Assembly (NCBI RefSeq): GCF_001194135.2 | Contig: NC_068985.1 | Location: 38,402,797 to 38,466,796, forward strand | Origin: Octopus bimaculoides | Taxonomy: Eukaryota | Direction of reading: 5' to 3' | DNA: 64,000 bases | Part shown: positions 1 to 14,315 of the stretch, piece by piece | Numbering within the stretch: position 1 is the stretch's first letter | How the letters are laid out: the number at the start of each line of letters is the position of its first letter | Notes under the pieces: model-generated | Databases searched by the model: none | Told to the model about the DNA's origin: nothing | The model's input: only the letters and a program-made list of their open reading frames with translations | Made by a program: the position numbers and the translations under genes

Positions 1-699
1 ATTCTTCTGCAAGAGGTTGCTGGAACTATAACCAGAGAAATATTAAATGGTGACATAAAATTATTATTAAAATGTATTGTTTAAAAGTTTAGTGATTAAT
101 AATCGTGTGTTGCATAATCAGAAAAGATTCATCATACTAAGAGGTGTGGAAGTGTAAGAAGATGGTAGAGCTATGATGCAGTTTACAATAGTGGCGACTT
201 CTATCCTAACATAATAGCTATAAGCTAGTCTATAAGGTGACATGTCAGTGAACTTAATTATTATTTCAATATTGGCTTTGTTTTCAAGTTAGCCTGAATA
301 TTTGTTCTGTTACCGCCAATTCTATAATAATTGATGAAGATTCAGCAGTTTGAATAATAGATGGTTATACTAAAATGATTGTTATTAATAAAATAATTTG
401 AAATAGTTAGAGCTAATGAGGGAAAATACGGTGTACCTACTTTACAATATTCTTAGAATAATAGTAATCCATTGATCATATTCAGTTAAGCAGAAATATG
501 GTTTATATGAGGCAATAAATCTAGAAATTGCACCTTCAGCTATTAGCTAGGTGTTGGATGTATGATAATCTAGAACTACACATAAGCAGCAAAAATAACT
601 GCAGATAATTGATCAATAAAGCAGCAATTTAGTGATATCTTGAGGTTCGATTTTCATAATATCCCATGTTATACGTGTCAGGAACCCACTTTACATCCA

Positions 700-933
700 G
701 GCGGCGAGCTGGCAGAAACGATAGCACACCGGGCGAAATGCTTAGCGGTATTTCGTCTGCCGCTACGTTCTGAGTTCAAAATCGGACCAGGTCGACTTAG
801 CCTTTCATCCTTTCGGGTTCGATTAAATAAATAGCAGTTACGCACTGGGCTCGATATAATCGACTTAATCCGTTTGTCTGTCCTTGTTTGTCCTCTCTGT
901 GTGTAGACTCTTGTGGGCAATAAAGAAATATGA
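700..933 (+). mobile_element. tRNA-derived SINE (family A), full length, with 17-bp target-site duplication
   Basis: Head GGCGGCGAGCTGGCAGAAAC with A-box-like TGGCAGAAACG and B-box-like GAGTTCAAATC. Homologous to copies at 22227, 32414 and 51010. Perfect direct repeat AACCCACTTTACATCCA at 683-699 and 934-950. Confidence 0.9.
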
Positions 934-2237
934 AACCCACTTTACATCCATAGTTTTGCCTTCTACTTGCTATCGTCCCTGTTATCATTCACCACCTACC
1001 TTGAGGTAAACCACATGATGCAATATGTTGTCAATTCCGTCGGCAATGACCATGATATTGCTATTTCAACGCATATATATATAAACGGCAATCGGAGTTT
1101 TGTAATAATAATATACACTCCATCTGTCGTGATTCACAGCGAGACAGCATGAACTTTTGCAAGAATCTGCTCGCCTACATGTCTATATCCACCAGCGTGT
1201 TAATGGGATCTCGTGCATTTGAAAAACTTATAAGAGTCATTATAGAAAATCCTGCTAAAACAAACACCACACATAGATATAACTTCAAAACTTTCGTTTA
1301 TGACTAATGATTTCTCTCATTCTAAATTTAGTCTCCATCTTAGCACTTCACTTGGCATCATTCTTTGGTAGCATGGAGATGCTACCAAACTTTTTAATGT
1401 ACTACTCCCTGATAGTTGAAATCCACTAATTTCCGATGTCAATATATGTACATATATCCATTCTGCCAGGCACGGAATAAGTATTATTGTTACATCTCGT
1501 CTTGGGATAGATAAATTTCGGCTCTTCTGTTTACACTTCAGTGCCAATGTTCTGAATAAACCCTCACAGCGGTGGTTGTACAAGGTTTCCTCTCGTTGAC
1601 CCTTATCCTCAGTAATGTCTTGTTAGTTTCGACAGACATCATTAAAAGACATGGTGAAGTCGAACACACCTACATACAGCCGATATTCCATCATATACAA
1701 GTCGGTAGTCATGTACTGGGATGGTAAAACATATAAATGTTGAAACCTAGCGGAACTTGTGGGATTCTTGTTTGCAATTTAGAACAAAGAAAACTCCAAT
1801 GATTTGCATTAGAACAGTGGGTAGCAAAGATTTCTTCAGATCATTTGTACAGCCTGAGAATTCAAATCATTTGTACAGCCAGAGAAATCCGAACCGCCTT
1901 CTCTATAAACTGACGTTCTTCTTGCCATCAAGACAATCCCTTGCTCTCTACACCGGGGAGCAATATGAGCAGGGTTATTCAGTTCACGAAGAGTTCTCGT
2001 TCTTGATTAGTTACAGTTTATCTGTTAGGATAATGCATTCCTTAATACTTTCTTTTGTCAGCATTTTCCTAAGAAGCTGAATCTTCCGGTGCCAGTGTGG
2101 TTTTGTAAATATTTTACGCGATGTGATTTTTGCTCGTGGCATGTAAGAGATACGGACAACCTCACAATTAATTTCACATTTCTCCAAGACAATTTTGTAT
2201 CAGAAAATACTTGACCAGCTTAGAAAAGCAAAACCAT

Positions 2238-2275
<38 letters not shown>

Positions 2276-3825
2276 NNNNNNNNNNNNNNNNNNNNNNNNN
2301 NNNNNNNNNNNNNNNNNNNNNNNNNNNNNNNNNNNNNNNNNNNNNNNNNNNNNNNNNNNNNNNNNNNNNNNNNNNNNNNNNNNNNNNNNNNNNNNNNNNN
2401 NNNNNNNNNNNNNNNNNNNNNNNNNNNNNNNNNNNNNNNNNNNNNNNNNNNNNNNNNNNNNNNNNNNNNNNNNNNNNNNNNNNNNNNNNNNNNNNNNNNN
2501 NNNNNNNNNNNNNNNNNNNNNNNNNNNNNNNNNNNNNNNNNNNNNNNNNNNNNNNNNNNNNNNNNNNNNNNNNNNNNNNNNNNNNNNNNNNNNNNNNNNN
2601 NNNNNNNNNNNNNNNNNNNNNNNNNNNNNNNNNNNNNNNNNNNNNNNNNNNNNNNNNNNNNNNNNNNNNNNNNNNNNNNNNNNNNNNNNNNNNNNNNNNN
2701 NNNNNNNNNNNNNNNNNNNNNNNNNNNNNNNNNNNNNNNNNNNNNNNNNNNNNNNNNNNNNNNNNNNNNNNNNNNNNNNNNNNNNNNNNNNNNNNNNNNN
2801 NNNNNNNNNNNNNNNNNNNNNNNNNNNNNNNNNNNNNNNNNNNNNNNNNNNNNNNNNNNNNNNNNNNNNNNNNNNNNNNNNNNNNNNNNNNNNNNNNNNN
2901 NNNNNNNNNNNNNNNNNNNNNNNNNNNNNNNNNNNNNNNNNNNNNNNNNNNNNNNNNNNNNNNNNNNNNNNNNNNNNNNNNNNNNNNNNNNNNNNNNNNN
3001 NNNNNNNNNNNNNNNNNNNNNNNNNNNNNNGGCAGTAAATCAAAAGTTCATAAATACTATCTGTAATTCTGTATTGACTCGAATGGAAAATTGTGTTGCT
3101 CAAGGAGAACTTCAGTTTGAACAATTTTCATGATGTTTAATATCTCGATGCTTTTATTATATTCATTCAGTTGTTAAACATAAATAAATCTTGGATTTAA
3201 ATGGTTCTGTTTTACTGTCAGGTGACTTTTGGCCAACCCTGTATGTGTGTGTGTGTGTGTGTGTGTGTGAGTGTGTGTGAATACACACAGTACTCATACC
3301 TGTACAGATATATATCAAATATATGTAAAAAAACACAATGTATGTATGGGCGCATGTTCAATAGTGCGTTTGTGTGTGAGTATGAACTAATAGGTATTTA
3401 TTTCCTCATTTGTCAACGCGATAACGTTCAGTCAGATTGGAGTGACAAAACCCGACATCCCTGTTCAGTTATTTCTTTTTACTTACACTGATATGATAGA
3501 CGTGCGTGTATGCATATCTGTATATATTTTTATCTGAGTTTCTATGAGAATATGTGTGCTTGCGTGTGTGCTCTTTCGCGTACGTGTGCAAGCGTGTGTG
3601 TCTCTGTGAGTGTGTTTGTGGATGGGCTTTGTGAGTGTGTTCGTTTATGTCTGTGTATACGTTTATTCAAACTTTTGCATTAACCTCAGAGGCTATCTGC
3701 AACGTATATGACAAGATTTCTTAGCTTTGAACTTCTTATCAGAAAATAGCAACAAATTACAAAGTAACCTTCTGAAAGGTTTCTCATGATATTGTATGGT
3801 ATTTGTGTGAAAAAAAAGAACATTT

Positions 3826-3920
3826 TTTCTACTCTAGGCACAAGGCCTAAAATTTGTGGGGAGGAGGCCAGTCGATTAGATAAACTCCAATTCGCAACTG
3901 GTACTTAATTTAATCGACCC
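3826..3920 (-). mobile_element. SINE family A, 3' portion truncated by assembly gap
   Basis: TCTACTCTAGGCACAAGGCCTAAAATTT...GGTACTTAATTTAATCGACCC matches the reverse complement of the family A 3' half seen at 32030-32215 and 51010-51222. Confidence 0.75.
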
Positions 3921-4679
3921 NNNNNNNNNNNNNNNNNNNNNNNNNNNNNNNNNNNNNNNNNNNNNNNNNNNNNNNNNNNNNNNNNNNNNNNNNNNNNNNN
4001 NNNNNNNNNNNNNNNNNNNNNNNNNNNNNNNNNNNNNNNNNNNNNNNNNNNNNNNNNNNNNNNNNNNNNNNNNNNNNNNNNNNNNNNNNNNNNNNNNNNN
4101 NNNNNNNNNNNNNNNNNNNNNNNNNNNNNNNNNNNNNNNNNNNNNNNNNNNNNNNNNNNNNNNNNNNNNNNNNNNNNNNNNNNNNNNNNNNNNNNNNNNN
4201 NNNNNNNNNNNNNNNNNNNNNNNNNNNNNNNNNNNNNNNNNNNNNNNNNNNNNNNNNNNNNNNNNNNNNNNNNNNNNNNNNNNNNNNNNNNNNNNNNNNN
4301 NNNNNNNNNNNNNNNNNNNNNNNNNNNNNNNNNNNNNNNNNNNNNNNNNNNNNNNNNNNNNNNNNNNNNNNNNNNNNNNNNNNNNNNNNNNNNNNNNNNN
4401 NNNNNNNNNNNNNNNNNNNNNNNNNNNNNNNNNNNNNNNNNNNNNNNNNNNNNNNNNNNNNNNNNNNNNNNNNNNNNNNNNNNNNNNNNNNNNNNNNNNN
4501 NNNNNNNNNNNNNNNNNNNNNNNNNNNNNNNNNNNNNNNNNNNNNNNNNNNNNNNNNNNNNNNNNNNNNNNNNNNNNNNNNNNNNNNNNNNNNNNNNNNN
4601 NNNNNNNNNNNNNNNNNNNNNNNNNNNNNNNNNNNNNNNNNNNNNNNNNNNNNNNNNNNNNNNNNNNNNNNNNNNNNNN

Positions 4680-4721
<42 letters not shown>

Positions 4722-4764
4722 TCATATATGTGCATTTATATATATATACGTATATATATGTTCA

Positions 4765-4821
<57 letters not shown>

Positions 4822-5508
4822 GTTTACGTATATATTCACGTGTATATATATATGTGTGTGTGTGCATATATACATATAAATGTATATACATATATACACA
4901 CATACATAAATAAGTGAATATTTATAAGTTTGTAAATGTATACATATGACTGCATATATATACATTTACTCAAACCCACGCACACATGCACACCCATATT
5001 ATGATACACATGCAAGACAAGATATCCGTACTTAATTAATGTATTGTTTGGCAGAGTGTCACTAATTCAGATCTCTCTCTGGTTCCATACTCTGTAATTG
5101 GCTATCGTATTCTCGACACGAAGCGTCTCTCTGCCTTTCATTTGTTATGTCTAGAAACTTGCTGAAGAATTCGATTGTGTGTCGACCCGAAGTGACATTC
5201 CACCCTGTAATTTCATTCCATCGTGCCGAACTTCACACACACAGGCATACACACACTACACACACGCGCACACACACACGCACACATATTTACACAGAGA
5301 AAAACTATACATCACGTGCACATACAGAGACTGGCACGTACGTTGAGGCCGCACAGCATAGATACATGCATTGCAAGGAAAATAACATACACTCACAGCA
5401 TAAACATTACATACATGCATATACAGACGGGGACACACGCACACACACAAACACACAAACACGCCCGCGCACACAAACGCGCGCGCGCACACGAACGCGC
5501 GCACAAAG

Positions 5509-5544
<36 letters not shown>

Positions 5545-6096
5545 GCACGCATACACGCATACACACACGCACACACACCCACATACGAAGGGGAAGTGCG
5601 GATGCTATGTCTAACAGAGACACATGGGAACTTCTTCGATCCATAAATACACACACAAAATTAATACCACACACGCATGTATACGAACAAAGAGAGATAC
5701 ACATATGCCTTCAGTGAAATGAACATTGACATCAGTTTCTATAAATACAATTGTATGAATGATACTATGTATGCAATTATATATGTATATATACATACAT
5801 ACATATATANNNNNNNNNNNNNNNNNNNNNNNNNNNNNNNNNNNNNNNNNNNNNNNNNNNNNNNNNNNNNNNNNNNNNNNNNNNNNNNNNNNNNNNNNNN
5901 NNNNNNNNNNNNNNNNNNNNNNNNNNNNNNNNNNNNNNNNNNNNNNNNNNNNNNNNNNNNNNNNNNNNNNNNNNNNNNNNNNNNNNNNNNNNNNNNNNNN
6001 NNNNNNNNNNNNNNNNNNNNNNNNNNNNNNNNNNNNNNNNNNNNNNNNNNNNNAGAGAGAGAGAGAGAGAGAGAGAGAGATGTATGCATACATGTC

Positions 6097-6175
6097 GCAA
6101 TTTTGACCCTCCGCAAAATTCCAAATTTTATTTAATTTGCTTTGCGGGAGCAACTGTTTTATCGAAGGCGTAACT
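6097..6175. repeat. Dispersed repeat fragment (unclassified)
   Basis: AATTTTGACCCTCCGCAAAATTCCAAATTTTATTTAATTTGCTTTGCGGGAGCAACTGTTTTATCGAA is the near reverse complement of 21230-21310. Confidence 0.65.
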
Positions 6176-7287
6176 TGTCGTGAAATGCTGGAAATACAGA
6201 GTAGAAAAAGAGCCGACAACTGATGAATGGTCGTTCTTTGTGTTGTTTGCCTTGTTTTCCATTTATTCCTTTCGTTGATCGAAAAAAAAGTTCATATTCC
6301 ATGTCCTCGTACTTCGTGTTTTTTTTGTTGTTTACGTTTTGTGACGTCCTGTACCCACATATGCATATGTATGGGCGTATGTAAGTATGTATGTAAGTAT
6401 GTATATATGCATATATATATATTATTTATATTATATTATATGTATATACACAGAGTGGGGGTAGGTGACTTTTCTGATATACATCGCAAAGAAACTCACT
6501 CACAGATACACACACACATACATCATACATACATGCATAAGTCTTCTATGCACCATTTTAAATTCGTGATTACCTGAGTCTACGTTTGTAAATGTGTGTG
6601 TGTATGTGTGACCTCCTATAACTGTCTGTCTCTCTACTTTTGTAGGGTCTTCCTTGTTACTGTCACATATTGTGAAATTTTAAAATTACGTCAAATTTTC
6701 AAATTTGGTATATTGAAATAATTTCCCACGTTAAATCCGATTTAGTTACTTGCTTGTTCCATAAAAATGACAGAAAAATGTTACTGAGATTTAAAGTTTA
6801 ACTAATTTCACCTAATCAGAAAACAAGATATGGAAGCTGGCATTTTCTACCTGATAACTGCATGATAGCTGACACTTTCTGCATAACAGCTTTCCATCAC
6901 AAAATGAATGCAAAATCATTGGGAGGAGGAATATTTTTATTCAAACGAAAACACATCATTACGACGACGAAAACTGTAAGAACTTCTGAAGTTTTAATGA
7001 ATGAAGTCATCTAAAACAGTCGAACAGATACATGAATAATTTAAAATGGAAAAGAATGCCCAACGAGGTTTTTTGGCGAACGATTGCACAAATCTGTCCC
7101 GATCAAGAGGCCTATCTGTCGGGGAAGGTATGGTCTGACATGGAATAAACAAAAGTTTATATTAGACATTTTATTGTAAAAATTGCCTGGCAACGACGGG
7201 CTATTCTTCAAAACTAAAATAATCTATCTATCTGTCACATCCCCATTGGCTGGTTAACAGAGTGATTATGTTGCACCACACACGGAC

Positions 7288-7330
<43 letters not shown>

Positions 7331-7383
7331 NNNNNNNNNNNNNNNNNNNNNNNNNNNNNNNNNNNNNNNNNNNNNNNNNNNNN

Positions 7384-7433
<50 letters not shown>

Positions 7434-7470
7434 ATGTATGCATACACACATGTATACACGTACATACACA

Positions 7471-7511
<41 letters not shown>

Positions 7512-9337
7512 TCGTATAAATATGTGAGTGTGTGTACGTGTTTCTTTTCGAGTCCGTGCGTGTGTGTGTTTATATGTGTACGTGTGTATGTGTGCGTGTG
7601 TGTGTGCGCGCGTGTCTTTGTGTGCGCATAAATACATACATGTACGTGTGTATACACACTACTTCTATGCACGTCTGTATATGTGTCTCTCCTGGTTAAA
7701 CATTCCGGGACCTGTAGCTCTTGTACATATACTGTGTACATGGAAATGTCGTGTTGAAGAGACGTAACATATCAACTGATGTCAACATATAAGTGACAAC
7801 ATTGACTTGTCTTATGTCTACATTTTCTTCACACTGTCTCGTCATATACTTCCTTCAGTCAACGTTTCTTTTAATGCTTTTAAAAATCAAATCAAAATTC
7901 TATGTCTTGCATGACGCAAACATTTCTTAGTTTGAAACAACTTTGGGGACTAGATCAGTAAATATATCTATCAGGTGTGGTGCTACAATCTCAATTGAAA
8001 AGTTCATAACCTTTTCTTGGGCTTAAAAGGATTTTACAGAAATCCTTTTTATACAAAGCCATTGTGACATACAGCCGTGTCATTAAATATCAACAAAGAG
8101 AAGAAATGAAAATGAGATTGAGAAATTTTAGAGAGAAAAGGAATCGGGTTACGTGTCCGGTGTGTAAATTTGTTTACACAGTATACGTATGTGTGAGTGG
8201 TTCTGTGAAGATTCTAGAATGTTTGTGAGTAACACTTTATTATCACAGAATATTCATTTGAAAGTTGTTTTTCTTTTTATATCAGTATGAATGTTCCTTC
8301 TTTAGTCTTTCTTTCTATGTTCGTATGTATGTATGTACGTACGTATCTGTGTATATATGTGTGTATGTATGTATTTATGTAGGCAATCATGTCTGTCTGT
8401 CTATCTTTCAATCTNNNNNNNNNNNNNNNNNNNNNNNNNNNNNNNNNNNNNNNNNNNNNNNNNNNNNNNNNNNNNNNNNNNNNNNNNNNNNNNNNNNNNN
8501 NNNNNNNNNNNNNNNNNNNNNNNNNNNNNNNNNNNNNNNNNNNNNNNNNNNNNNNNNNNNNNNNNNNNNNNNNNNNNNNNNNNNNNNNNNNNNNNNNNNN
8601 NNNNNNNNNNNNNNNNNNNNNNNNNNNNNNNNNNNNNNNNNNNNNNNNNNNNNNNNNNNNNNNNNNNNNNNNNNNNNNNNNNNNNNNNNNNNNNNNNNNN
8701 NNNNNNNNNNNNNNNNNNNNNNNNNNNNNNNNNNNNNNNNNNNNNNNNNNNNNNNNNNNNNNNNNNNNNNNNNNNNNNNNNNNNNNNNNNNNNNNNNNNN
8801 NNNNNNNNNNNNNNNNNNNNNNNNNNNNNNNNNNNNNNNNNNNNNNNNNNNNNNNNNNNNNNNNNNNNNNNNNNNNNNNNNNNNNNNNNNNNNNNNNNNN
8901 NNNNNNNNNNNNNNNNNNNNNNNNNNNNNNNNNNNNNNNNNNNNNNNNNNNNNNNNNNNNNNNNNNNNNNNNNNNNNNNNNNNNNNNNNNNNNNNNNNNN
9001 NNNNNNNNNNNNNNNNNNNNNNNNNNNNNNNNNNNNNNNNNNNNNNNNNNNNNNNNNNNNNNNNNNNNNNNNNNNNNNNNNNNNNNNNNNNNNNNNNNNN
9101 NNNNNNNNNNNNNNNNNNNNNNNNNNNNNNNNNNNNNNNNNNNNNNNNNNNNNNNNNNNNNNNNNNNNNNNNNNNNNNNNNNNNNNNNNNNNNNNNNNNN
9201 NNNNNNNNNNNNNNNNNNNNNNNNNNNNNNNNNNNNNNNNNNNNNNNNNNNNNNNNNNNNNNNNNNNNNNNNNNNNNNNNNNNNNNNNNNNNNNNNNNNN
9301 NNNNNNNNNNNNNNNNNNNNNNNNNNNNNNNNNNNTA

Positions 9338-9375
<38 letters not shown>

Positions 9376-9683
9376 AAGTTGTAGTATATTGTCAACTTAA
9401 TGTGACAATCCCAATAAGGGAACACACTACTGCCATTTAGCCCTAGGAAGCTGGACCGCTTCCTGTCGGCCTTGACACAATTACTGTGTCCTTATATATA
9501 TAAACGAAGAACAAACACACGAGGGCGTGGTACATGTAAAGTATTAGCAGACGCTCAGGGAAGGAAAGGAAAATATTTTTTCGTTTCGTGCAAAGCTCTA
9601 CTTCAGAAACAGGAGACAGAGGTAAATCTAATAGAAAAGGACGACGGAGGAAAAAGAAATCGCCAACGATTCATATGTGGTTA

Positions 9684-9848
9684 CACGACGAACTTCTTTC
9701 AGTTTCCGTCTAATAAATCTTCTCAAAAGAATCTAGTTGGCCCAAGGTAATAGCAGAAGACACTTGCTCAAGGAGTCACACAATGGGACTGAATCCGGAA
9801 CCATGTGGTTGGAAAGCAGGCTTCTCACGACACGACACAACCATGCCT
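9684..9848 (-). mobile_element. SINE family B, diverged 5' half
   Basis: TTCTTTCAGTTTCCGTC...GAAGACACTTGCTCAAGG...GGGACTGAATCCGGAACCATGTGGTTGG matches 30870-31027. Confidence 0.75.
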
Positions 9849-10317
9849 AAATATATACATGAATATATACACACATATATACATACATATACATGTATAT
9901 GCAAACGCTTAGATATAAGAACACATCAATATGCGCTTTCACACCTACAGAGCGCAACCGTTTAGATTATTGTTGCTGCCTTCTGAGAATTTGTGATTCC
10001 TCTATTGGATACGCTTGTAGACTCTGCATGTATGTTTGTCTTTCAGATATTTAATCTCATCTCTGTGTATACTCCGTGGGTGGGTGTACTATACCTTGTA
10101 CAGTGTTGTGCGTGGACATACTTCCCTGTGTGTGCTCAATAGACATATTTGTTTGCACACCAGGTAAATTAGATATGATCAAGGTATGTAAACTGAGTAA
10201 ACCCGCGTGTGTGTTCTATTGAATTCACTGTAGTTTGTATACTCAGAGATTAGACGACATATTTACCAGCTTTCATGTGAAAGGTAAAATAGAAACTGTT
10301 GTGTATGTATGTGTATC

Positions 10318-10463
<146 letters not shown>

Positions 10464-10502
10464 GATAGATATAAATATATCTATATATGGATATAAATAT
10501 GA

Positions 10503-10535
<33 letters not shown>

Positions 10536-12525
10536 CCAATACACCCATTTACCCATATATACATATACATATACACACACCACAAACACACACACACACC
10601 ACATATGCACACCTAAATATGCATACATATACAAAGATACCTCCATAATCATCACACACAACTACACACAGAAACGCACAGTCACATGGACATAGATACC
10701 CCGGGCACACTTTAACTCAAAGATGAATACATATATAGTGTAGCATTACACATGTGTAGTAAACATATTAAGACGATCGTATTGCTAAACGACATCCTCA
10801 ATGTATATATATATATGTGTGTGTGTGTTTGTGTGCGTGTTTGTGTGTGTGTGTTTGTATGTGTATATGCGTGTACATGTAGGTGGTCCTGCTACTAATA
10901 TTTTGCCAATACACATACACGCAGTCTCACACAACCATGTGCACACATGCCCACATGCAAACCAGCACTGCTACTCCTAACTAGCTCTATTATTACTAAC
11001 ACGATGCACATCATAAGACATCCTCCTCTCACACATACATGCATATACACTCACACAAACAAGTACGTAGACACACAGTCATGTATTTAAAGAAACCTAC
11101 ATTGAGAATTTCGTATATAGTGCACAAAACAACATAATTCCATACATGAATTGCAAACACGTACTTCCAAAAGCATAACAATTCATGCAATCAAACTGTT
11201 GTGTCAATGCCCCCAGGCGAAGAAGTAGGATTTCCCAAGACATATTAATAGAGATAGTCTGGCTGTGTTAGGAGTGTTGAGTAGCAGTCGAGTAGCAGTT
11301 GTGTAGCGGTTGAGTAGAGATCATATGAAGGTTCTAGACAGCAGTAGCTTGAGATATAACACAAACATTCAGAAATCCTTGCCATCACATAGAAGAGAGT
11401 GCTGAAAATTTCCTGGTTTGTGGTTAAAAGAAAATACAGGAGAATCAGTTAATTATTATCTTATCGAATATATTCCCTTCTCAGATTCACACACTTATTG
11501 CTGCAGTCCTTCAGTTTTCCTAAGCCTTGTAAAATAACTCGGAAGTTTGGGCCTCCAGCCAGACCTTTTGCGATATGCTTAAAGTCAGGGACTTTACATC
11601 ACTCCCTAGTAGTACACGAAAATAACACAATTCCATGTCTACATGAAGTGCATGCACGCACATCTAAACGCATAGGAATTCACACGAAAACATTCAGGTA
11701 TCAACGCAAACACATATGCACACATGAAGCTAGACACATGATATATACATATACGCATTGGGATCAGACAATGTTAATCTACGGTTCGTATGCTTTTATT
11801 CCCAAGAAGTCTGCGTTAGAAGTCAACTGTACTCATTTATGCATTGGCACAGCAAATCTACACATATGCAAAACATACACATCCATACTCAGATACATAT
11901 ATACATACATTGATACATTCATTCATGCATGCATACATACACACAAACATATANNNNNNNNNNNNNNNNNNNNNNNNNNNNNNNNNNNNNNNNNNNNNNN
12001 NNNNNNNNNNNNNNNNNNNNNNNNNNNNNNNNNNNNNNNNNNNNNNNNNNNNNNNNNNNNNNNNNNNNNNNNNNNNNNNNNNNNNNNNNNNNNNNNNNNN
12101 NNNNNNNNNNNNNNNNNNNNNNNNNNNNNNNNNNNNNNNNNNNNNNNNNNNNNNNNNNNNNNNNNNNNNNNNNNNNNNNNNNNNNNNNNNNNNNNNNNNN
12201 NNNNNNNNNNNNNNNNNNNNNNNNNNNNNNNNNNNNNNNNNNNNNNNNNNNNNNNNNNNNNNNNNNNNNNNNNNNNNNNNNNNNNNNNNNNNNNNNNNNN
12301 NNNNNNNNNNNNNNNNNNNNNNNNNNNNNNNNNNNNNNNNNNNNNNNNNNNNNNNNNNNNNNNNNTATATATATAGACGTACAAATTTCCACACACACGC
12401 ATAAATGTATACATATAATACATATATATATATATGTCTATATATATGCATATATATAGACATATGCATATATGTATATAATTATATCTATATACATATA
12501 TATACATGTATGCGTGTGTGTGGAA

Positions 12526-12567
<42 letters not shown>

Positions 12568-12847
12568 TCTTGTATTTATATATGCATATGTATATAGTAT
12601 ATAAGTATTTGTGTGTGTATATGTGTGTAAGTGTGTGTGTGTGTGTTTCTGTGTATCCGTATTTGTGTTTGTCTGTATGTATATGCAGATAGACGGACAG
12701 ATTTGGAACCTTGCTTAATTTATTAACAGACATGATCTCACGATATGAAAACAGGTCTACTTACAATATAAACAGATGCATATGACTCACTCTCGGAGGG
12801 ATGAAGGGGAGCAGAAGCAACAGCAACAATAACAAAATCAACAGCAT

Positions 12848-12898
<51 letters not shown>
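12848..12898. repeat. (ACT)n microsatellite
   Basis: Directly visible. Confidence 0.95.
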
Positions 12899-13565
12899 AC
12901 ACCGTTACCGTTTTCTAATACAGGAAAAAAAGTCGACAAGAAGATCAACAATAAAAGACGGGTTCTTAGAAGACCTATGAGGTGTATGTAATATCAGATT
13001 CAAATGTTAATATATACATGCAAATATACACAAGCAAATATATACACGCAAATATAGGTAGATCGTGTTAATTAAAAAAAAAAAAGGTAACAGAGCTCGT
13101 GGACCAGTTTCTACAACAGTAACTCTTTTATATCTCAATATTTATACACGAAGACTGGTAGCTGTTACAATGTACCAGAGATACCCACCCTCTGTTGGTA
13201 ATGAGTTCTGTTTGCCTAAAAATAATATAATGAAACACAAAATGGTACATCCGCTCCTATCACTTCCGGTGTCCAATATCCACAGTGCCGTTTTGTATAA
13301 TGGACGTGTCATTCCTCGCTCAACGCTTTTTCCAACTGGAAAATCTTTGTTTGCTAGCAACTGCCAAATTTTAAACCATTGAATTGATATCTTAATATTA
13401 TTCCTCGTTAAGATTTGTGACGGTTCAGAGAATGTGTAGTGTGGCGGGGTTTCAGTTAAGAGCTAAGAGTTTTGTTTTTCTATCTCGACATAATTCTTTG
13501 CTCAGAGTTTACAGTAGGTATATCATCGAGGTGAAAAGACAGATAATAATAAATAAATAATAATA

Positions 13566-14315
13566 ATAATAAGGTAAACTTATCTTCTCGAATCATGCTG
13601 ACTCATAAGGGCCGGTTTCCCGGTTTCATTGCGTGTCTATTCACATTCACCACCTGGACGGGACGCTGGTCCGTCGCAGGGTTACTCATTTTTGCCAGCT
13701 GAGAGGCCTGTAGTGGATTGGAGCAACATGAAATGAAGTGTTTTACTCAAGAACACAATGCGTCAATCGATCTCAGGAATGAAACCTATAGGCGCAGGAG
13801 TGGGTGTGTGGTAAGTAGCTTGCTTACCAACCACATGGTCTCGGGTTCAGTCCCACTGCGTGGCACATTCGGCAAGTGTCTTCTACTATAGCCGATTAAA
13901 GCCTTCTGAATGGATTTGGTAAACGGAAACTGGAAGAAACCCGTTGTATATGTATGTATATATATATATATNNNNNNNNNNNNNNNNNNNNNNNNNNNNN
14001 NNNNNNNNNNNNNNNNNNNNNNNNNNNNNNNNNNNNNNNNNNNNNNNNNNNNNNNNNNNNTATATATTTATCTGTGTGTATATGGTTGTGTGTCTGTCCC
14101 CCCCAACATCGCTTGACAACCGATGCCGGTGTGTTTATGTTCCCGTAACTTAGTGGTTCGACAAAACATACCGATAAAATAAGTACTAGGCTTACAAAGA
14201 ATAAGCTCTGGGTGTTCAAGCATGGCCGCAGTCAAATGACTGAAACTAATAAAAGAGAGTACACTCTTACGATCATGAGAACAACATCGTAACCACTAAG
14301 CCATGCGCTTCCACA
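13566..14315 (-). mobile_element. SINE family D, split by a nested family B SINE (body 13566-13788, head 14259-14315)
   Basis: The head reverse complement TGTGGAAGCGCATGGCTTAGTGGTTACGATG... at 14315 and the body ...TTGTGTTCTTGAGTAAAACACTTCATTTCA...CAGCTGGCAAAAATGAGTAA match the intact copy at 33372-33633. Confidence 0.75.
13789..14257 (+). mobile_element. SINE family B, full length, with internal (TA)n and gap
   Basis: GGCGCAGGAGTGGGTGTGTGGTAAGTAGCTTGCTTACCAACCACATGGTCTCGGGTTCAGTCCCACTGCG...CATGGCCGCAGTCAAATGACTGAAAC; reverse-complement homologue at 30641-31027. Confidence 0.85.

Noticed and set aside
1-640. Possible mitochondrial insertion (NUMT) because of the AT-rich, TGA-rich frames
   Set aside because: Translation with the invertebrate mitochondrial code still gave TAA/TAG stops and no recognisable mitochondrial protein motif.
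1400-1840. Similarity to nicotinic or chemotactile receptor motifs on the minus strand (LLPTVLMQIIGVFF; KFGSISM)
   Set aside because: The fragments are in different frames and in the wrong order relative to Cys-loop receptor topology.
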